From NCBI GenBank assembly GCA_951406725.2, contig OX597828.1, positions 11,842,001-11,906,000 on the forward strand: a stretch of DNA of 64,000 bases. The letters are read 5' to 3'. Made by a program: the position numbers and the translations under genes. Shown piece after piece: positions 57,201-64,000 of this stretch. Source of the stretch: Octopus vulgaris (lineage: Eukaryota). The number at the start of each line of letters is the position of its first letter. Within the stretch, counting starts at the first letter, position 1. The notes under the pieces were generated by a model that had not been told where the DNA came from, did not search any database, and saw only the letters and a program-made list of their open reading frames with translations.

Positions 57201-58364
57201 TTTAAAATTTTAGTGTAATTGGCGAATGAGATGGATGCATTTTCACGGAGGTTAGTAGTATTTGTGGGCGTCAGTTTTCCGATTATGCAATATAGTCGAC
57301 ATCTAAAGAAGTAGATAAAACCATTATCCAAGACCTGAATGGAGTTTTACTGTAAAATTCCATCAGCGCAACCGGGTATGGCAGGTGTGAGCTCGTGGAA
57401 TGGAATTAAACCAACCGGATCTAAACTTTGAAAGAACTAGTTTAAATATTATCATTCTACACAGAATGTTTTGATTGGATTAAAATGGCTCTACCGGAAT
57501 CTTGACACACATGTAATAAAACGAAAGGGAGCAGGGGAATAGAAAGAGAGAGAAGAGACGAAACATAAACTAATGTCTATTCTTACGCCAGTATGTGGGT
57601 GCATGAAGATTTCGTAACGGTTGGTGTAACAGAATTTAAAGAAAAATTTGTGTAGGCGGTTTTTTCAAGTGTTTTAAAGAAATAATTTCGTTACTTACTG
57701 TGTACACTCCTTTCTGTTGAATATGTATGTACATGAAATATAATTTTACTTTTAGTTATGAAAATAATATGAATATTTTTAGGACATGGGAAAATGAAAT
57801 TTGGGTATAATTTTTCCGTCGTTCTACAGTTTCTGTGCCATTCAATTCTTTATCCTTTATTATTTTATTTGTTTTAGTCTTTGGACTGCGACCATGCTGG
57901 GGTACCACTTTGAAAGGTTTTAGTCAAGCAAATAGATTGCATTACTGCTTTTTTTATAAACCTGCTAATTATTTTTTCGGTCACTTTTGCCGAATCGCTA
58001 AGTTACAGGACCAAAATAAATCAACAGTGGTTGTCAAGCAGTGATGGTGGGATAAACACAGGCACAAATACAAATGATGGGCTTCCACATGGTTTGTCTC
58101 TGCTAAATTTGCTCGCATGGCATTGGTCGGTCCGGAGCAATAGTAAAAGACACTTGCCCAAGAGACCGCGTAGGGGGACTGAACCTGGAACCACGTGGCA
58201 GGAAAGTGGGCTCTTTAACGTCATAAAGTACCTGCTCAATACTTATTTTTTCACTTTTATTGTAAGATTTAGCTGTAGATGATGTAGTGTTACGTAAGAA
58301 CCGAAACTGCGACAAAGACGTGGATCACTGATTACTGGTTAACCTAAACAAACAGTTCTACGTT

Positions 58365-59230
58365 TCCGTCATTTAACTGTGGCCATGATTGATCACCGCC
58401 TTAAAGGGTTTTAGTCGAAGAAATCTACCCCAGATTTATAGGCGCAGGAGTGGCTGTGCGGTAAGTAGCTTGCTTACCAACCACATGGTTCCGGGTTCGG
58501 TCCCACTGTGTGGCATCTTGGGCAAGTGTCTTCTACTATAGCCTCGGGTCGACCAAAGCCTTGTGAGTGGATTTGCTTGACGGAAACTGAAAGAAGCCCG
58601 TCGTATATAGGTGGTGCTATTAAGTTAGACATGGCCTGGACCAATCTTTGGTCGAAACATATCTAAGTTTATCTAAGTTTATATATGTATATTTATATAT
58701 GTGTGTGTATGTTTGTGTGTCTGTGTTTGTCCCTCTAGCATTGCTTGACAACCGATGCTCGTGTGTTTACGTCGACGTCACTTAGCGGTTCGGCAAAAGA
58801 GACCGATAGAATAAGTACTGGGCTTACAAAGAATAAGTTCTGGGGTCGATTTTCTCGACTAAAGCCGGTGCTCCTGCATGGCCGCAGTCAAAGAGTATCT
58901 TATCAGTCAAAGAGTATCTTATTTTCTATAAGCCTAATATTTATTCTATCGGTGTCTCTTGCCGAACTGCTAAGTTACTGGCACAGAAATACACCAAGAT
59001 CGGCCGCCAAGCGATAGTTAGGGGACAAACACAGACACAAAGACACGCACACATAGATATATATATCCATATACATATATAAGACAGGCTTTTTTCAGTT
59101 TCCATGTGCCAAATCCACTCGTAAAACTTTGGTCGACTATAGTAGAAAACACTTACCGAAGGTGCCACGCAGCGAAACTGAACCCAGAACCATGTGGCTG
59201 GGAAGCAAGCTTCTTACTTCACAGACATGC
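58365..59230. mobile_element. SINE B (+, 58441-58891) nested inside SINE B (-)
   Basis: The host halves 58365-58435 and 58920-59230 are contiguous in the consensus. Confidence 0.75.
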
Positions 59231-60224
59231 TTGGAATAATATCTAAACATCTCTCAAATTCCAACCTAGAGCCTTAGAAATGGAGATACTGGATAAGGCA
59301 GACTTGTTTAAGCCATTTTTGAAAAAATTCGGTATGGCCATGACAGAAATTTGAACTCAGTCCGCCTTTATGGCGGACGAAATACGGCAGAGCAGTTTGT
59401 CCAGTTCGCCGACTTCTATTGTATTCATGTTGCTTCCTCAAGAAAGGAATCGCAGCCATCCAAAGTTCAAGATATTATTGCGAATGTTGAATTCAAAAGT
59501 AGCACCTATTGTTTAGCTTTAAGTCAGCTCAGGTTGAACAAACTTCTAATGAATGACGTTTCAGCCATAACCATGTCGTAGATTTTTCTTTACATCTACC
59601 CCAACATAATCAAATGAGTTTTTCTTTTTCTTAGACGGAAGGTTGTTAGTTCTTTGAATATGGAGGATAACATTAGCTGGCCGTGCAATCACTTGAAGAT
59701 CCAGCCGTCTTTGACTCGTTACTGCAAACGCTGAAACTATGTATGGCCTTTTGGAACGTTATTCACTTGGCTACAACACAGTTTTCAAGTTCTTTCATTT
59801 CAGTATTTCGTCCGTATTTACGTTCTGAGTTCAAATTCCGTCGAGGTTGACCTTGCTCTTCATCTGTCGGAGAGCGATAAAATAGGTACCCGTTGAGCAC
59901 TGGGGCCGATGTAGTTGACTTACTCCTCCCGCTGGATTTACTGGACATGTGCCACAAATTGAAATTAATATTTGTTTAAAGTCTAACTATTGCTTTTGCT
60001 CATAGACCCTCTCACACTTTCTCCCTCTATTTCTATCTCCCCTGTTTTCTGCCCCCTTCTCTCTCTGAAAAGAGCGATCGTAATGAAATCTGGACTGGGG
60101 AGATGGATTACACGCTCAAGGCACACCGTGTCATGTCTACACTCCTACGTCTCGATCAGGATTTAGGACACAATGAATACTATACCAACAGCTATAGAAG
60201 CGGTAGGAATACGAACCAACACGA

Positions 60225-60712
60225 CGTCACTATGTAGAGTCTCAACCTGCTAGAAAAAACAGCTAAACTTCCTTAAATTTCTTACGCTTCTTCAAAAATA
60301 TATATCATTGTTAGTATAAAATACAGGATGGTTACGAGTTGATGAGATGTGATCCGAGGGTTAAAGAACAACATCATCACAAACATATATTTAATTGATA
60401 ACAGCATTCACCGAATGTTCGCTTGAGTTAGGACTAACCTGGATCTGCTGAACAACTGCGCCATGATATACACAATCGCCAACAACATCAGCGACGTGAC
60501 GATGGGGGAGCATCAAGGTGGTTGCACGACTGTTAGAGGCAATGACCAAATCTTCTTCAATTCACACCCTGTGGCCTTAAAGACATGAGACGTTAAGTAA
60601 CGGGTGCTTGGTTCCTTAAACATACGGGAAAAGTGTGATTTGCACGAATGAAATACGTTTGATTATATTTCTGCTCGGTCAATGCTGACCTTTGGTTAAA
60701 CAACATCATCAA
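60225..60712 (+). repeat. Old dispersed repeat family (ctgctagaaa..cagccaaat..gctgacct..ggctaaacaac), tandem copies
   Basis: Similar decayed copies at ~6340-6535, 38960-39040 (-) and 61405-61590, and one split around the 24075 SINE. Confidence 0.5.
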
Positions 60713-60788
60713 TAATAATGACAAGACTATCAAAAACACTAGCAACAACAATAATAACCGCAACCACCACTACAACAGCAAAGACAAT

Positions 60789-61393
60789 GAAGGTGCAATG
60801 GCCCAGTGGTTAGGGCAGCGGACACGCGGTCCTAAGAACGCGGTTTCGATTTCCAGACCGAGCATTGTAAGTGTTTATTGAGCAAAAACACATAAGCTCC
60901 ACGAGGCTCCGGCGGGGTGTGGGAGTGAAACCCGCTGTACTCTTTCACCACAACTTTCTCTCACTCTTACTTCCTACTTCTTCCACAAAGCAGAGGAATC
61001 ATAGTGTAACCCACTATGGTGTGGTAGATTTTCAGAGCCTAGTCTAGATTGCGAATCCTCTGTACCCCAGGATGGTTCAGCTCTCCACCCGTTAAAAAAG
61101 CTACCGTTTATGGAATGAGGATAACAACGTAGCTTTCGCGCCGGTGCAACCGCCAGTCTATCGCGGGTGGTGGCCGAATATTCAAGTTGCCACACGCATT
61201 CTTAGTAGCTTAGAGTAGGCTCGAATTAGAGATTATTCTTTGTGGCTAATGGCGCGAGTCCTGATTTGAAGAAGAAGAAGAAGAAGAAGAAGAAGAAGAA
61301 GAAGAAGAAGAAGAAGAAGAAGAAGAAGAAGAAGAAGAAGAAGAAGAAGAAGAAGAAGAAGAAGAAGAAGAAGAAGAAGAAGAAGAAGAAGAA
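60789..61393 (+). mobile_element. SINE: family C head with a fourth tail type ending in (GAA)~42
   Basis: C head to ~60975, an unrelated ~290 nt body, then pure (GAA)n at 61268-61393. Confidence 0.78.
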
Positions 61394-61958
61394 GACAGCT
61401 TCTACATGATTGCTAAACACAGTGGAATTAGCAGAGAGATCTCTTTTAATTCATACCCTGCCGACATTTGTAAAAACAGAAGTTAACATAATATACACTT
61501 AAAGAGACCATGACCGAACAAATGACAGAATGATAACTTGTTCTTAAGCCTATCTTATCAAGACTGACCTTGGGCTAAACAACATACTAACAACTACTAA
61601 CAACTGTGTAGACACTTCAACTGAAACATCAGTTAGCTTACGTTCAAGCAACTATCATCTGCCAAAACTTCAAATATTTTATGTTCAAAGTCTAGAACGT
61701 TTCGCTGAATGATATCCACTTTCTCTGTCTCACATTATTTCAAAAGCTATTTATACATTATACAGACATTTGAAGAAAGATATATTCTTTAGTTGTTGAT
61801 GCTGCTGTGATCAGAAGATCTGCTGCCGTAACGAACACGTCTTGTTTTCAGATGTAAGGTAGTACGGACTACATTATTCAATATGTACTTTTACTGATTT
61901 GACTGTGGATCTTTACCTTTTGACCGACAGACTTTAAAAATAATTGTTTTGTAACTAA

Positions 61959-62464
61959 AACACTTTCAAACTTCGGACACTGGTAGAATGTGTCATATAA
62001 AATATCTTTTACTCTTAGCATTTTTGAGAAAAAAATTTATATTTACGAAGGTATTTCACGTCAAAGTTCTCGTATTTCGGTAATTTCAACCAATCAACGG
62101 CGTCCTTTCAGCTGAATAAAATTGCTGCCGTTGTTTGTCAACAACAACTATCGGCGGTGTATTTTTCGTTTGTCACTGTTATTTATGACATCGTTCGTGC
62201 GCTTGTACTGGTTTTAAGGTTTTAGGGCTAGGGTTTTAGGGTTAGGGTTAGGGTTGTCATAAATAACATTGACAAACGAAATATACATCGCCGGAAGTAG
62301 TAATTTTATTCAGCTGAATACACGTCATTGATTGGTTGAAATTACCGAAATACGTGAATTTTGACGTGAAATAACTTTGTAAATATAAATTTTTCTCAAA
62401 AATGCTAACAGTAAAATATATTTTGTATGACACATCCTACCAGTGTCTGAAGTTTGAAAGTGTT
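61959..62464. mobile_element. Foldback element with ~210-230 bp arms and a TTAGGG-containing loop
   Basis: aacactttcaaacttc..ttatttatgaca (61959-62190) is the reverse complement of tgtcataaataa..gaagtttgaaagtgtt (62255-62464). The loop contains ttagggctagggttttagggttagggttaggg. Confidence 0.88.
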
Positions 62465-62465
62465 C

Positions 62466-62503
<38 letters not shown>

Positions 62504-62936
62504 CACATACTCACGCACATACGCTTTCTTTTTCTTCGTCTGCCCTTTTCTCCCCACCTATCTCTCCTCGCTTTTTTAACCGAATTCCCACCCGACAATA
62601 CAACACCAACAACAGGTGAGATAACACGACACTTACAGTACATTGCCACTATATTGATGAAGCAGACACTTCACTCAAGATAAGAGTAAAGAAAGGAAAA
62701 CTTATGTCTCTTTATATTCTGAGACCAAGTCCCGCCGAACTTGTCTTTACCCCCCCCCTTTTACGGTATCAATAAAAAATACCACTTATGCACTAATGTC
62801 AATAAGATATTGCACTAACATCTAGTCCAAAATATGGTGCTTTGCATATTTTTCCGTTGGTTCTTTTATTCGTTTCAGCCATGTAGTTGCGGTCATGCTG
62901 GAGCACCACTAATATTGGAATTCATTTTGTGTTATA

Positions 62937-63167
62937 TCTATTTCTTTACTACCCACAAGGGGCTAAACACAGAAGGGACAAACAAGGACAGACAAACGGA
63001 TTAAGTCGATTATATCGACACCAGTGCGTAACTGGTACTTATTTAATCGACCCAGAAAGGATGAAAGGCAAAGTCGACCTCGGCGGAATTTGAACTCAGA
63101 GCGTAACGGCAGACAAAATACGGCTACGCATTTCGCCCGGCGTGCTAACGTTTCTGCCAGCTCGCAG
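62937..63167 (-). mobile_element. SINE family A
   Basis: Consensus match. Confidence 0.87.
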
Positions 63168-63541
63168 CCTTATTTTGTACTATATTATGAATGTCATCTT
63201 AAGGCAGAAACAATAGCACGCCAAACAAAATATTTAGCATTATTTCTTCCGTATTTACAGAGTTCAAATTCCGCCGACGTCGACTTTGCCTTTCATCCAT
63301 TCTGTATCGATAAAATAAGTGCCCCTTGAGCACTAGGGTCGATGTAATTACTGAAGTAAGGGGGTAAGTGCCAAAATTTGAAACCAATATGCTGAATGCC
63401 ACAGAATCATTGATGCGACGAACAAAATACCTCATCGACTTTATTTAGCTAGGTCCTCTCTTTACTTTCTGATTTCAAATTTCGCTTGAATTGACTTTTC
63501 CTTTCTTCTTTCCGATATTCATACCAAGTAGTACCTGTAGT

Positions 63542-63931
63542 GGAGCCGCAATGGCCCAGTGGTTAGGGCAGCGGACTCGCGGTCATAAGATCGCGGTTTC
63601 GATTCCGAGACCGGGCGTTGTGAGTGTTTATTGGGTGAAAACACCTAAAGCTCCACGAGGCTCTGGCAGGGGATGGTGGTGATCCCTGCTGTACTCTTTC
63701 ACCACAACTTTCTCTCACTCTTTCTTCCTGTTTCTGTTGTACCTGTATTTCAAATGGCCGGCCTTTCTCTTTGCCACTCTCTTTGTCACGCTGAATATCC
63801 CCGAGAACTACGTTAAGGGTACACGTGTCTGTGGAGTGCTCAGCCACTTACACGTTAATTTCACGAGCAGGCTGTTCCGTTGATTCGGATCAACCGGAAC
63901 CCTCATCGTCGTAACCGACGGAGTGCTTCCA
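63542..63931 (+). mobile_element. SINE family C, full length with TSD
   Basis: Same structure as 24075-24454. TSD agtacctgta at 63530-63539 and 63932-63941. Confidence 0.92.
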
Positions 63932-64000
63932 AGTACCTGTAATGCAGTGCAGATCACTTTAATCATCTGTAGCATCCGCCGACATTTCTACCTATATGTC

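Noticed and set aside
62222-62253. Chromosome end or true telomere
   Set aside because: Only a few degenerate units, enclosed within a dispersed foldback element.

Overview
AT-rich, repeat-saturated eukaryotic DNA. The SINE families and microsatellite load suggest an octopus (coleoid cephalopod) genome, which is an inference. Almost all ORF-track entries are microsatellite or SINE artefacts. One real gene is visible on the minus strand and is missed by the ORF track: an inter-alpha-trypsin inhibitor heavy chain (ITIH)-like gene. It has a signal-peptide exon (29604-29551) joined in phase across a ~24.1 kb intron to a VIT-domain exon (5439-5273), and the rest lies left of the window. The remainder is several tRNA-derived SINE families with interchangeable head and tail modules, five R4/Dong-type RLE LINE fragments in (TAA)n arrays (31-41 kb), decayed Penelope-like, CR1/L2-like and Tx1/L1-like remnants, MITEs, Helitron-type elements and long foldbacks. 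The most unusual signal is three distinct families of small non-coding elements carrying minimal type-I hammerhead-ribozyme motifs. One of them is a head-to-head tRNA-headed palindrome inserted as a single unit with a target-site duplication (10392-11044). All coordinates were read by eye and repeat ends are approximate.
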